Positions 19,678 to 29,441 of a stretch of 64,000 nt of DNA are shown piece after piece. Numbering within the stretch: the first letter of the stretch is position 1; every line of letters starts with the position of its first letter. Below the pieces are notes generated by a model, which made no database searches, was not told the origin of the DNA, and was given only the letters and a program-made list of their open reading frames with translations. Source of the stretch: Balanoglossus misakiensis (taxonomy: Eukaryota > Animalia > Hemichordata); assembly GCA_040954595.2 (NCBI GenBank), contig JBECUI020000034.1:1-64000 (forward strand). The letters are read 5' to 3'. The translations under genes were made by a program, and so were the position numbers.

Positions 19678-20925
19678 CTACGGCTTGTACCATTTATTCA
19701 AGCCGTTTTGAATTTGAATAGCTGCATTACTTGGCGTTAAGGTTCCATTAATGACACGAGCAGAAACCGACCATAGTTCGTTTTCCATATTCGGTTCTCC
19801 TCGAGATAAAATCTGGTAGGAGTTTCGAATTGTTGATTCGGCAATATTTCTCCAGCCAATGAATGTGTTTGCCAAGGGATCATCTAGCGTAATTGAATGG
19901 TTGGAGAGGGAGAAAAATCCTGGCAATGCATTGCTGTATAATTCGGCAAATTCTTTTGAAGTAACCCATTCGAGGAATATACGTGCTTCGGCACTATTGG
20001 GGCTTGCCGGATTCAGACCAATAGCAATATCGGTATGGTCGGAAATATACAGCGTGTTCTGTCCTGCAGGGAGTGGGGGAGGAAATGCTCCCATCTCAAA
20101 ATCTACCTGTTGATTAAAAAGTGCGATTTCCCACGAGCCTGCCGGAAAAATTGCTGCCTTCCCGAGCGTGAATAAATTCTGGGAATCAGAGTAGGTTTGT
20201 GCCTCATATCCGTTCCCAAGATATTCCTTCCAACGTGCTAACTGTTCCCATGCTTGTATATATGGTGCATCGGTAAGTTTCCCCTCTCCCGAAATTAAGG
20301 AACTACGACCTTGTTCACCATTCCAGTAATTGGGACCGATATTCTGGAAACCCATTGTAGCTGCTTCCCACTGGTCATTTGTTCCCATAGCAAGCGGTAC
20401 ATAGACCCCGTTTGCCTTAATTGCATCAAGAACAGCAAAAAATTCATCAACAGTCTTGGGTTCTGAGAGCCCCAATTCCCTAAAAATATCTTTATTATAG
20501 ATAAACCCATGAATAACCGATGCCATTGGGACGGCAAAAACTGTTTCCCCATCATCAGTTGTCCATGCACTCTTTGCAACGGCACTAAAATTGTTGATGC
20601 CGGGCAAGTCGTTTAACGATACTAAATGTCCTTTGTTGTATAATTCCAAAGATCCATCAAAAGGTCGTGCAGTAATAAGATCACCTGCAGTTCCACCTTC
20701 AAGGCGTGCATTCAAAGCGGCGTTGTATTCCGCTGGGGCCGAAGGATTAAATACTACCTGGATATCAGGATATGCCTGATTAAACGCGGGAATAATAGTA
20801 TCTGACCATATTAAAAGGTCATCATTTCGCCAACTCTCAATGGTTAGTGTAACCTGCGGAGCAGAGCAAGCCGACAAAAGCACAAGCATGAATACTAATG
20901 CAATAAAAAAGATTTTATGTTTCAT
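19678..20925 (-). CDS. sugar ABC transporter substrate-binding lipoprotein
   Basis: Lipobox LLSAC; LTIESWRNDD, GDLITARPFD and SDHTDIAIGLN; start at MKHK after AAGGTGG. Confidence 0.92.
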   Translation of the reverse strand: MKHKIFFIALVFMLVLLSACSAPQVTLTIESWRNDDLLIWSDTIIPAFNQAYPDIQVVFNPSAPAEYNAALNARLEGGTAGDLITARPFDGSLELYNKGHLVSLNDLPGINNFSAVAKSAWTTDDGETVFAVPMASVIHGFIYNKDIFRELGLSEPKTVDEFFAVLDAIKANGVYVPLAMGTNDQWEAATMGFQNIGPNYWNGEQGRSSLISGEGKLTDAPYIQAWEQLARWKEYLGNGYEAQTYSDSQNLFTLGKAAIFPAGSWEIALFNQQVDFEMGAFPPPLPAGQNTLYISDHTDIAIGLNPASPNSAEARIFLEWVTSKEFAELYSNALPGFFSLSNHSITLDDPLANTFIGWRNIAESTIRNSYQILSRGEPNMENELWSVSARVINGTLTPSNAAIQIQNGLNKWYKP

Positions 20926-21067
20926 ATGAACCACCTTATATTTATATAGGTGTAGAGTATCATAATTTTATTTTTTATACAATTCTATTTATTTATCAGG
21001 ATTAAGGCAGATAATGCTTGTGCTGCTTGCTCTTTTGCCTTATTCATTATTAGGATATAATTCCAAT

Positions 21068-22048
21068 ATGCAAAAACCTACTATTGCTATAACAATGGGA
21101 GACCCGGCGGGCATTGGTCCTGAGATAATTGTCAAAGCGCTGAGCAAACAGGAAACGTATCTGTACTGCAATCCTTTTGTTATTGGCGAAATATCTGTCT
21201 TAAAACGATATATGCCGAAGGTTCGATATAGCTCGGTCCGGAGTCCTCGTGAAGGAAGATATGAATGCGGTACTATTGATGTGCTCGAAGTACCTATTAT
21301 GAAAGATATACATGTTCCTGTCGGAACTGTAGATGGAATCTGTGGGCGTGCTTCGTTTCAATACATACAAAGGGCAAGTGAACTGGCAATGGCGGGAGAT
21401 GTTACGGCAATCTGTACTGCTCCCATCAATAAGGAATCTTTGCTTGCAGGTGGGGTAGAACATATTGGACATACGGAGATGCTTGCAGCTTTTACTGGTG
21501 CACAAAACCCTCTTACCATGTTTGAAGTGGAAACCCTTCGTGTATTTTTTCTTTCGCGGCATTTATCTCTCGTGCAGGCATGCAAATGCGTAACCGAAGA
21601 ACGAGTCTTTAGTTATATAGATAAATGTACCAAAGCACTCACACAACTGGGATGCCCGGATGGGGTATTGGCGGTTGCCGGATTAAATCCGCACTGTGGC
21701 GAAAACGGGCGCTTTGGTGATGAAGAACTGCAGAGTATCAAGCCTGCAGTTGCTCGTGCTGTACAGGAAGGGTACAAGGTTGTCGGTCCTATTGGGGCGG
21801 ATTCCGTATTCCATTTGGCACATGCAGGACGATACCATGCTGTTTTATCCATGTACCATGACCAAGGACATATTGCCACCAAAACACTTGACTTTGAGCG
21901 CACCATTGCGGTAACACTTGATTTGCCTTTTATACGCACCTCAGTCGACCACGGTACAGCCTACGACATTGCAGGACAGGGCATAGCGAGTGAAACCAGC
22001 ATGGTTGAGGCAATTCGTATTGCTGCCGGATACGCGGTACAACAGTGA
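21068..22048 (+). CDS. pdxA: PdxA-family dehydrogenase (probably catabolic PdxA2 type)
   Basis: TMGDPAGIGPE, TAPINKE, GHTE, GLNPHCGE, MYHDQGHI and RTSVDHGTAYDIAG motifs. Confidence 0.92.
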   Translation: MQKPTIAITMGDPAGIGPEIIVKALSKQETYLYCNPFVIGEISVLKRYMPKVRYSSVRSPREGRYECGTIDVLEVPIMKDIHVPVGTVDGICGRASFQYIQRASELAMAGDVTAICTAPINKESLLAGGVEHIGHTEMLAAFTGAQNPLTMFEVETLRVFFLSRHLSLVQACKCVTEERVFSYIDKCTKALTQLGCPDGVLAVAGLNPHCGENGRFGDEELQSIKPAVARAVQEGYKVVGPIGADSVFHLAHAGRYHAVLSMYHDQGHIATKTLDFERTIAVTLDLPFIRTSVDHGTAYDIAGQGIASETSMVEAIRIAAGYAVQQ

Positions 22049-22409
22049 TACGATAATAGGAAATAACATTTTCTTCAATCATTCATAGATGGGACCCTAT
22101 TCTCTCTATCATTGCCGAAGCCACACGATATTATTATTTTTTATTCCGTACCTTGTTAGATATTTATGCATTGCTCAATCGGATAATTCCTCCTATTTCA
22201 AAGCTAGATGTTTGCACATAGCTCATCCAGTATGACTGTACCCTGTCTTTGATAAATCGCATGCAGTATTGATGTTGCTGCAAAAGAGATAGTAATTAAT
22301 TGCTTGATGAAAAAAGCTATTTCCGCTATTATGATATCATCAAAATTAAATGAGATACTTGATATGAAGGATCGAATTACCTAGATACTTACAGAAATAG
22401 GAGGATGAG

Positions 22410-22991
22410 ATGAAGATAATATTAGTTTTTTCGCTTCTTACAATTCTATTTAGTTGTGGCGAGGCGGGAACAGATGGGGGAATAGTGGGCGGAGTCGTAG
22501 ACGAGAATGGAGAAATTACCTATGATCTTCGGCAAGTAGTAAGTGGAAAAATATATGTAACAAAATTTACCGGCGATTCGCTAATGGCCCCAGACGGAAT
22601 AGTGGCAGACGTAGTACAGATCGGAGAAGAATTTTATTCTCCCGAAATAGCATTTTTTGATGAGAGGAAAGATATAGTTTTAACCTTGTGGGAGGGAGTC
22701 GTTGCATATACAATTTCACTCGGCTACTATTTCAGCACATATTTTGAAAACCGTCCCAACCCTGACGAACAGAACTATGTTTTCCTCATTGTAAATCAAA
22801 CAGATACAACGTTGAAGGCAAGAGTGAGTTACAGGGAAGAAGGCACGCCGAGTTATAGCTATAAAACACTGAGGTTTCCTCCCGGCAAAGGGCTCATAAC
22901 TAGAGATCTGAGTTCAAGGTTCCACATTATCGATTTTGAAGAAATTTTTGATAATCCCTATTCATTTTTTAACCTAGGATGGGACTGGTAA
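22410..22991 (+). CDS. hypothetical lipoprotein
   Basis: Spirochaetal lipobox LTILFSC; strong SD AGGAGG. Confidence 0.75.
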   Translation: MKIILVFSLLTILFSCGEAGTDGGIVGGVVDENGEITYDLRQVVSGKIYVTKFTGDSLMAPDGIVADVVQIGEEFYSPEIAFFDERKDIVLTLWEGVVAYTISLGYYFSTYFENRPNPDEQNYVFLIVNQTDTTLKARVSYREEGTPSYSYKTLRFPPGKGLITRDLSSRFHIIDFEEIFDNPYSFFNLGWDW

Positions 22992-22993
22992 TT

Positions 22994-25900
22994 CTATTCA
23001 CGTTTCGTAACGACATGAAAAATAGCCTTCTTAAATGGGATAGGGACGACATCTGGGTCGGAGTGGGCAGCATCAATCGGAACCCTTTCCATTTGGATGT
23101 AGTTCTGTCGATTGGAAATAATTTGATCGCTATCAATATTAATAGGTTCAAAATGAGAAATAGATGAAAAAATAGTAGTTTCAATTTGAGAAGTGCTTTT
23201 TCCAAAGATAATTCGAGGAACAAAAAAGTTGTACGAATAATCAAGTTTTGCAATATCGGAATTATGATGATTATTAAAAGTAATTCTGGGTTCCCAGTCA
23301 ATCGGACCATTACCGCCTACATCCCACATGAAAAGTATCCAATCGATTGGATGAGCAGTTTCATTATTCGAGTGTTCAACATAATTTAGGGAATGTTCTA
23401 AAGGCGTTTGTTTCTTGAAAATAAATTGTTCATTATTGTTGTCTGTATGAGTAAAATTGCCTAACCAATTAAATAAGAAAGTAGTAGTTTCGTTCTCAAA
23501 AGAAATTTCGCTTGGGAATATTTCAGCTGACGGAAAAGCAATATAATCATTTAATTTCGGGTAGTAGAGGATATCAGGAGTAGTAATGAGCGTTTGTTGT
23601 GGCAAAAGATGATTTTGAGTTCTGTTTATTAGTGTAATCGAGAGATATAAATGATCATCCTCGAAAAAACTTAGTTCATCGGGGAGGAATGGAATATTCC
23701 AGTGAGTAAGAATTCTATTTTTTTGATTTGTTTCAAGTGGTCGGGCGAATTTATAATACCATTCTGATATCGCACCTCCTGGATGTCTACCCCACCAAAT
23801 ATAGTCATTTCCACCTCTGTAAGTGTACGGAGTTACTTTTATAGAGTTAACGTAAAAAGATGTACCAAAATAATCGACATGCCCTCCGGTATAAGACGCA
23901 AAACTCTTTGGAGTGGCGTAGCAGGCAATGAGATCATCTCTCTTTGCGATTTCATCTAGGGAAGCAATATCAGCGATAGTACCGGAAAAGTCAGGAATAT
24001 CATCCGTATCGACTAGAAAGCGAAAATTTTGAATTGCATCATTCAGAGAATTTACATCGACATCAGGATTGTTTCTGTGGATTATATCAGGGGCATAATA
24101 CGTAATTGTAGTTCCCAAACGGGCGTATCCGGGGTCGCTACGAGGACGTCCGGCTTCGTATCCATATGGGTAAATGGAGGGTTCCGGGAGCCAGTAGAAG
24201 GTATAGGTATTGGAGTCGGAACCTTCTGTTATAGTGAGAGTAAAGAGATCCTTTTGCTGTTGCCAATCTTCTGACTGAGAGCGAGCGAAACTTTCAACTT
24301 TATCGAATGCGAAGGTAATAAACTTATTCTGATCGTCTCCAGATTCTATGGCAGTTGTATATGCCTCCGCGATTCCGAGTATATCAGGTGTTGCGATCTG
24401 TCCGGGATAAAGTTCAATTTCCACTTTCTCAAAAGTCCAGGGATCAACAGCGATCCGCAAGTCGTCATGAGAAAAAGTGGCCGGAAAATAAGGGCTATCT
24501 TCCCAATTCCCAGATGAGTCTTTTTTGTAGTTGTAAACCGATTTCGGGCGAGCATGTGCATTAACTTTAGTATCCACTGTAATTTGTTTTTCTTCTCCAG
24601 TATGAGAGCGAACAGTAAACGTTCGTGGAAGAGTTGCATAGGTATTCAGAGGAGGAGAGACGGAAGCAGGAGCTTCGATGAATGAGACATCAAGAAGAAC
24701 CGGATAGGTTTTTAGGAGAGCATCAATTTCCGGGATCACTTCAAAGTAGAAGGTGGGGTCGAGAGGATCAAAAGTTACAGAAGTGATGTGCCATAAGTCC
24801 TCAGATTGCCAAATAATACGCGAATCAGTTTGAACAGCGAGGGGATCAAAAGATTCAACAAGGATAGCACCAGACTGTTGTAGCAAAGTAACCGAGTATG
24901 TTTTTTGAACGCCGGTATCTTGATGTTCGATAATGAAAGAAAGCGAGTTTTGTTTGAAGTCAATAGGATTATTGCTTGGAGTAATGAGATTACCGTGTTC
25001 AACGGTGATAGTAGGGATAAGTTCGAGAGAATCTTGGAGATAGAGTTCAGCGTGAAGAGTAATAATAATTTGATGGTCGGTAACATCAGCAGAAATTCCA
25101 TCAGGATGGCGTGATGCAATGATAGGATTATCAGCTGTATTAAATAGAAAAGAAGAGATAAGAACATCAGGGAAGAAATCAACGAAAACGGTGTAGGTGT
25201 ATTCGTTATGGTTTTGGTCAGTAAAGATGTAATTATTTCTTCCGCGAATGAAATTTTGAGGCGAAGTGGGCATAAGGAGAGTTCCGCCAACAACTTGGAA
25301 ATAAGGGAAGAGCAAGAGAGAGAATGCTTCTGCAAGGTCCGGGTGGAGCGTAAAGGTGATGCTATTACCATCGATTATGCTGTCGACGCCGTTTGGATGG
25401 AACGGTGCAATGATAGGGTTATCAGCAGTTTCCAGTCGTGCAGTAATGATATTTATAGGTGGTGGAACGTATAGTTCATGGATTTGAACTATATAATTAT
25501 GCAGAGTGCCGTCAGTAGCCTGGAATGCGTATACTTTTTCGAGAGATGAGAAAATCTGCGGGTCAGTGGGCATAAGGAGTTCGCCGTTATCAATTTGGAA
25601 AGAAGGCTGGAGGAATCGAGAATGAAGGGAGTTAATGACATCAGGATGGAGGGTAAAGGAAATAGTCTTAGCATCATAGTCAATAATGCCATCGACGCCG
25701 TCTGGGTGGTGAGTATAAAGAACGGGATTGTCGGCAAGATCAAGCCGAGCAGAATGAAAAGAGAAATATTTTACGAAAACAGTATAAAAGATAGGAAGAT
25801 TATTGTTGTCATAAAAGGTCAAGATCTGAGGAACAGAGAAGTCAGTCTGGGAGTAGGCAGGCAAGGTGCCATTACTAAGCGTAAAAGAAGGGCTAAGATA

Positions 25901-28168
25901 AAGAGCTTGTCTTTGAGCCAGGGAATTGTGGAGTAAAAAGGTAATTCTATTCTCAGTTGTATCAATGATGCCATCGACACCGTTTGGGTGGTGTGAGAGT
26001 AAAACAGGATTGTCGATAATTTCAAGACGAGCGGACTCGATGGAGAATACTGGGAGTTCATGAATCTGAACAATGAATGTATGTTGGGTTCCATTAGTTT
26101 CTTGGAAGGTATAGAGCTTAGAACGCGCAGAAAAAATCTGCGCACCTGTAGGACTAATGAGTTGCCCATTGTTTATGGAGAAGACCGGAAGAAGATCTTG
26201 AGAGTCAAGAGTATTGATAATATCTGGATGGAGTGAAAAAGAAATAGTTTTATCAGTAGTATCAATGACGCCATCGACACCATCCGGGTGGTGAGTGTTT
26301 AGTACCGGATTATCGCCGGTTTCAAGCCGAGCAGAGTGAATAGAGAATACCGGGAGTTCATGAATGTGGACAATGAATGTATGCAGAGTTTCATCAGCAG
26401 CTTGGAAGGTATAGAGTTTCGTGCCTGAAGAAAAAATTTGCGCACCAGTTGGACTGATGAGCCGGCCATTGTTTATGGAGAAGTCCGGGAGAAGAGCTTG
26501 AGAGTCAAGAGTATTGATGATATCTGGATGAATGGTAAAAGAAATGGATTTGTCAGTAGTATCAATAATGCCATCAATACCATCCGGGTGGTGAGTGTTC
26601 AGTACCGGATTATCGGAGGTTTCAAGCCGAGCAGATAAGATATCAATCGGCAGGGTGTTGTAGTGTTCCTGAATTTGGATGAGGTAGTAGTGATTCTGTC
26701 CATCATTATCGATGAATGTGTACGTAATAGCATTTGAAGCAAAGTCCATGGGTGCCATTGGAAAAGTCAACTGTCCGTAATTGACTGTGAAAGAAGGAAT
26801 AAGCATAAGTTCGTTATCGGTAGCGATATCGGGATGGAGAACAAAGGTAATGATATTATCTGTAGTATCAATAATTCCATTAATTCCGTCCGGATGATAA
26901 GGTGCAATAAGAGGATTATCGCCGGGTTCAAGCCGAGCAGAATGAATGGAGAAGAATTCTTGTTCTTGAATCTGAACAATGAATGTATGTTGGGTTCCAT
27001 CAGTGTCTTGGAATGCATAGAGTTTTGAACCAGTAGAAAAGTTTTGAGGTCCTATTGGACTGATGAGTTGCCCGTTATCTATGGAGAAGTCCGGCAAGAG
27101 AGCATGAGACTCAAGAGAATTGATGATATCGGGATGGAGAGTAAAGGAAATAGTCCTGGTATTATCGTCAATGCTACCTTCTACACCGTTGGGGTGGTAC
27201 GTGAGCAGTACTGGATTATCGGTAATATGCAACCAGGCAGCATTAATTGAGAAAAATTGTACTTGAACAGTGTAGAAGACAGAAACGTCATCAATATCAT
27301 TATAGAAAGTGAATACCCGCGGAATAGAGATGTCCTGATGATATTCAGCAAGTCTTCCACCCTGTACCGAAAAAGTCGGAATAAGGGGCAGGGTTCGATC
27401 AAGGGAATTATGGAGAAAAAAGGTAATTATTCTTGAGTTATCATCAATAATACCGTTCACACCGTCTGGATAGAGTTCTTGAATGTCCGGATTATCGGTA
27501 ATTTCAAGCCGTGCTGAATCAATGGAGAAAAGTGATCGTTGTGCAATTTGAATGATGTAATTCCGCTCGGTTCCATCAGTCTTTTTGAATGTTAACAAAC
27601 GACTTTCGCCCGGAGAGAACGTAGTATCGGAATTTTTATTATCCCAGTTCGTGGTAAACGTAGGGCTTAATACGAGGTCAGGTTGGGACGTAAGGTCTGG
27701 GTGCAGTGCAAATGTAATTGTGCCATCAGCGATATTTCCATCGACCCCGTCAGGATGGAATGCCGCTATGGAGGGATTATCGGCAACTTCAAGTCGAACC
27801 CGTAATTCACTAAAAAAAGAATCAAGTTGGTAATGTTGGTCAAGATGCCATGGGAACTGTGTTTTTTTAAGAATGAGTACATGGGAGGTTGAGAAATCGA
27901 GGGGATTTGCAGCTGCTAGCTCAGAATTCTGGGTAGATGTATACGAATAGGTCAGAAGTAGAGGCTCCATGTCTTTGAGCTCTGTTGGCAATTCCAGCGA
28001 AATGCTATTCCCATCGAATAATCCGTGAATATCCTCGGATATTTGTGCATTGTTGCTCGCTTTGATAGAAAAAGTTAATAGTCTCGGACTATCGTTTAAT
28101 GCGCAGTTTCCAGCAGCAAGAACTAAAAAAATAGTAATGATAATACAGACATGTGCTATATATTTCAT
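22994..28168 (-). CDS. giant surface lipoprotein with about 11 tandem ~100-aa Ig-like (DUF5018-like) repeats
   Basis: 1724 aa from MKYIAH (SD GGAGG), lipobox LAAGNC, repeated SARLE..DNP....HPDG.DG.ID....I.F.LHP. Confidence 0.85.
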   Translation of the reverse strand: MKYIAHVCIIITIFLVLAAGNCALNDSPRLLTFSIKASNNAQISEDIHGLFDGNSISLELPTELKDMEPLLLTYSYTSTQNSELAAANPLDFSTSHVLILKKTQFPWHLDQHYQLDSFFSELRVRLEVADNPSIAAFHPDGVDGNIADGTITFALHPDLTSQPDLVLSPTFTTNWDNKNSDTTFSPGESRLLTFKKTDGTERNYIIQIAQRSLFSIDSARLEITDNPDIQELYPDGVNGIIDDNSRIITFFLHNSLDRTLPLIPTFSVQGGRLAEYHQDISIPRVFTFYNDIDDVSVFYTVQVQFFSINAAWLHITDNPVLLTYHPNGVEGSIDDNTRTISFTLHPDIINSLESHALLPDFSIDNGQLISPIGPQNFSTGSKLYAFQDTDGTQHTFIVQIQEQEFFSIHSARLEPGDNPLIAPYHPDGINGIIDTTDNIITFVLHPDIATDNELMLIPSFTVNYGQLTFPMAPMDFASNAITYTFIDNDGQNHYYLIQIQEHYNTLPIDILSARLETSDNPVLNTHHPDGIDGIIDTTDKSISFTIHPDIINTLDSQALLPDFSINNGRLISPTGAQIFSSGTKLYTFQAADETLHTFIVHIHELPVFSIHSARLETGDNPVLNTHHPDGVDGVIDTTDKTISFSLHPDIINTLDSQDLLPVFSINNGQLISPTGAQIFSARSKLYTFQETNGTQHTFIVQIHELPVFSIESARLEIIDNPVLLSHHPNGVDGIIDTTENRITFLLHNSLAQRQALYLSPSFTLSNGTLPAYSQTDFSVPQILTFYDNNNLPIFYTVFVKYFSFHSARLDLADNPVLYTHHPDGVDGIIDYDAKTISFTLHPDVINSLHSRFLQPSFQIDNGELLMPTDPQIFSSLEKVYAFQATDGTLHNYIVQIHELYVPPPINIITARLETADNPIIAPFHPNGVDSIIDGNSITFTLHPDLAEAFSLLLFPYFQVVGGTLLMPTSPQNFIRGRNNYIFTDQNHNEYTYTVFVDFFPDVLISSFLFNTADNPIIASRHPDGISADVTDHQIIITLHAELYLQDSLELIPTITVEHGNLITPSNNPIDFKQNSLSFIIEHQDTGVQKTYSVTLLQQSGAILVESFDPLAVQTDSRIIWQSEDLWHITSVTFDPLDPTFYFEVIPEIDALLKTYPVLLDVSFIEAPASVSPPLNTYATLPRTFTVRSHTGEEKQITVDTKVNAHARPKSVYNYKKDSSGNWEDSPYFPATFSHDDLRIAVDPWTFEKVEIELYPGQIATPDILGIAEAYTTAIESGDDQNKFITFAFDKVESFARSQSEDWQQQKDLFTLTITEGSDSNTYTFYWLPEPSIYPYGYEAGRPRSDPGYARLGTTITYYAPDIIHRNNPDVDVNSLNDAIQNFRFLVDTDDIPDFSGTIADIASLDEIAKRDDLIACYATPKSFASYTGGHVDYFGTSFYVNSIKVTPYTYRGGNDYIWWGRHPGGAISEWYYKFARPLETNQKNRILTHWNIPFLPDELSFFEDDHLYLSITLINRTQNHLLPQQTLITTPDILYYPKLNDYIAFPSAEIFPSEISFENETTTFLFNWLGNFTHTDNNNEQFIFKKQTPLEHSLNYVEHSNNETAHPIDWILFMWDVGGNGPIDWEPRITFNNHHNSDIAKLDYSYNFFVPRIIFGKSTSQIETTIFSSISHFEPINIDSDQIISNRQNYIQMERVPIDAAHSDPDVVPIPFKKAIFHVVTKRE
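24900..28080 (-). repeat. intragenic ~300-bp tandem repeats
   Basis: Exact 300-bp period between 26041-26340 and 26341-26640; the other units are more diverged; boundaries approximate. Confidence 0.85.
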
Positions 28169-28344
28169 TGAGGCCCTCCAACAAGTATGGTAGTTCATTA
28201 TGTATCAACCAGCAGGTAGAAACCGTGCCGCTCTACTTATACAACAAGTTTTCTTTTTCCTTTGCTTGAAAAATTAAGGTAAAAAGCAGTATTTTTGCAA
28301 GAATTTTTAGCTGTTCTTGTAGGGAACAATGTTTTTGTAGTACT

Positions 28345-28992
28345 ATGGAATTGGAAACCGTATCAGTGATTGTAATATGGATTATATATATTTCTCTGGC
28401 AACCGCGTTTGTATCGGCAGATGACTTCACAAATCGATGTGGAGATATTCCTCCTATGAAAATTTTTCAAGAAGATGCACAAAAAAATGCTGATGAGTTG
28501 CTGGTCAGGTGGACGCGTACTGGAGTAGGGTTTATTCTTCGAGAAGAAAAAGTAAGTGCCAGTATCAGTAACTATTTTGTTTCGGGAGAAAATTTTTTGA
28601 CCCCCAACCTGGATGAATTGGCGTTTTATAATAGAGATCCTGCGGGTAGTATTTTTACTGCTGATTTAGACGGAGATGGCTATGAAGAACTGTATATTAT
28701 CACCCAAAGTGCAGGTTCCGGGTCCTACGGAGACATTATAGCAGTCGCATCTTACAGAGATCGGAGTTACGGTGAAATATATGTATCACCAATGTCGGAA
28801 GAGGAAGGCATCGGGTACCAGGGGCATGATACAATATACGTAGCAGACAATGTTTTGTTTCGTGAATTTCCAGTGTATCATCAAGATGATCCGAATACAT
28901 CTCCAAGTGGCGGAACGAGAAAATTACGATACACTCTCTGTGCCGGTGAAGCGAGCATGTTCTTGACAAACGCCCCGGATTGCTTTAGATAA
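28345..28992 (+). CDS. PliI-like (I-type lysozyme inhibitor-like) exported protein
   Basis: ADLDGDGYEELYIITQSAGSGSYG, GYQGHD and REFPVY...D.N..PSGG motifs. Confidence 0.6.
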   Translation: MELETVSVIVIWIIYISLATAFVSADDFTNRCGDIPPMKIFQEDAQKNADELLVRWTRTGVGFILREEKVSASISNYFVSGENFLTPNLDELAFYNRDPAGSIFTADLDGDGYEELYIITQSAGSGSYGDIIAVASYRDRSYGEIYVSPMSEEEGIGYQGHDTIYVADNVLFREFPVYHQDDPNTSPSGGTRKLRYTLCAGEASMFLTNAPDCFR

Positions 28993-29441
28993 TTCCTTCC
29001 GGTGTTTTGTATATTTCGTGGTGTAAAAATCGAAGTAAAAGCCATTGTATTACTGTGAAACTGGTGCCGGCATTAATCTGCCATCAGTTGTTACATTGCT
29101 TATCCCATTCAAGGCAGCAGCTGAAGAGTTTACCGGCTGGCATTTACTTACATCAATACTAAACCCCATTCTTCTGTATGAAATTATCAAATCGTTTAGG
29201 AAATACTCGCGGAAATTGTAATATAGACCTTCTGCAATAGACAGGGCAATACAGCTTAATAGACGAATTATTATGTCATTTGAACAGCGAAACAATACTT
29301 CTAACTTCTTGATTCAGTTATACATTCCTATTCCACATCGGTGAGCTACATCCTAACTGTTACAAAGCAAAGCCGCAGTAATTCATTGCTAAACTAGACA
29401 GATACAATTTTATATACTAAAATAACATAAGGAGGGGCTAT

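Noticed and set aside
29050-29295. 81-aa minus-strand ORF in the intergenic gap
   Set aside because: TTG start, no SD and no recognisable motif; may be a gene remnant but this cannot be supported
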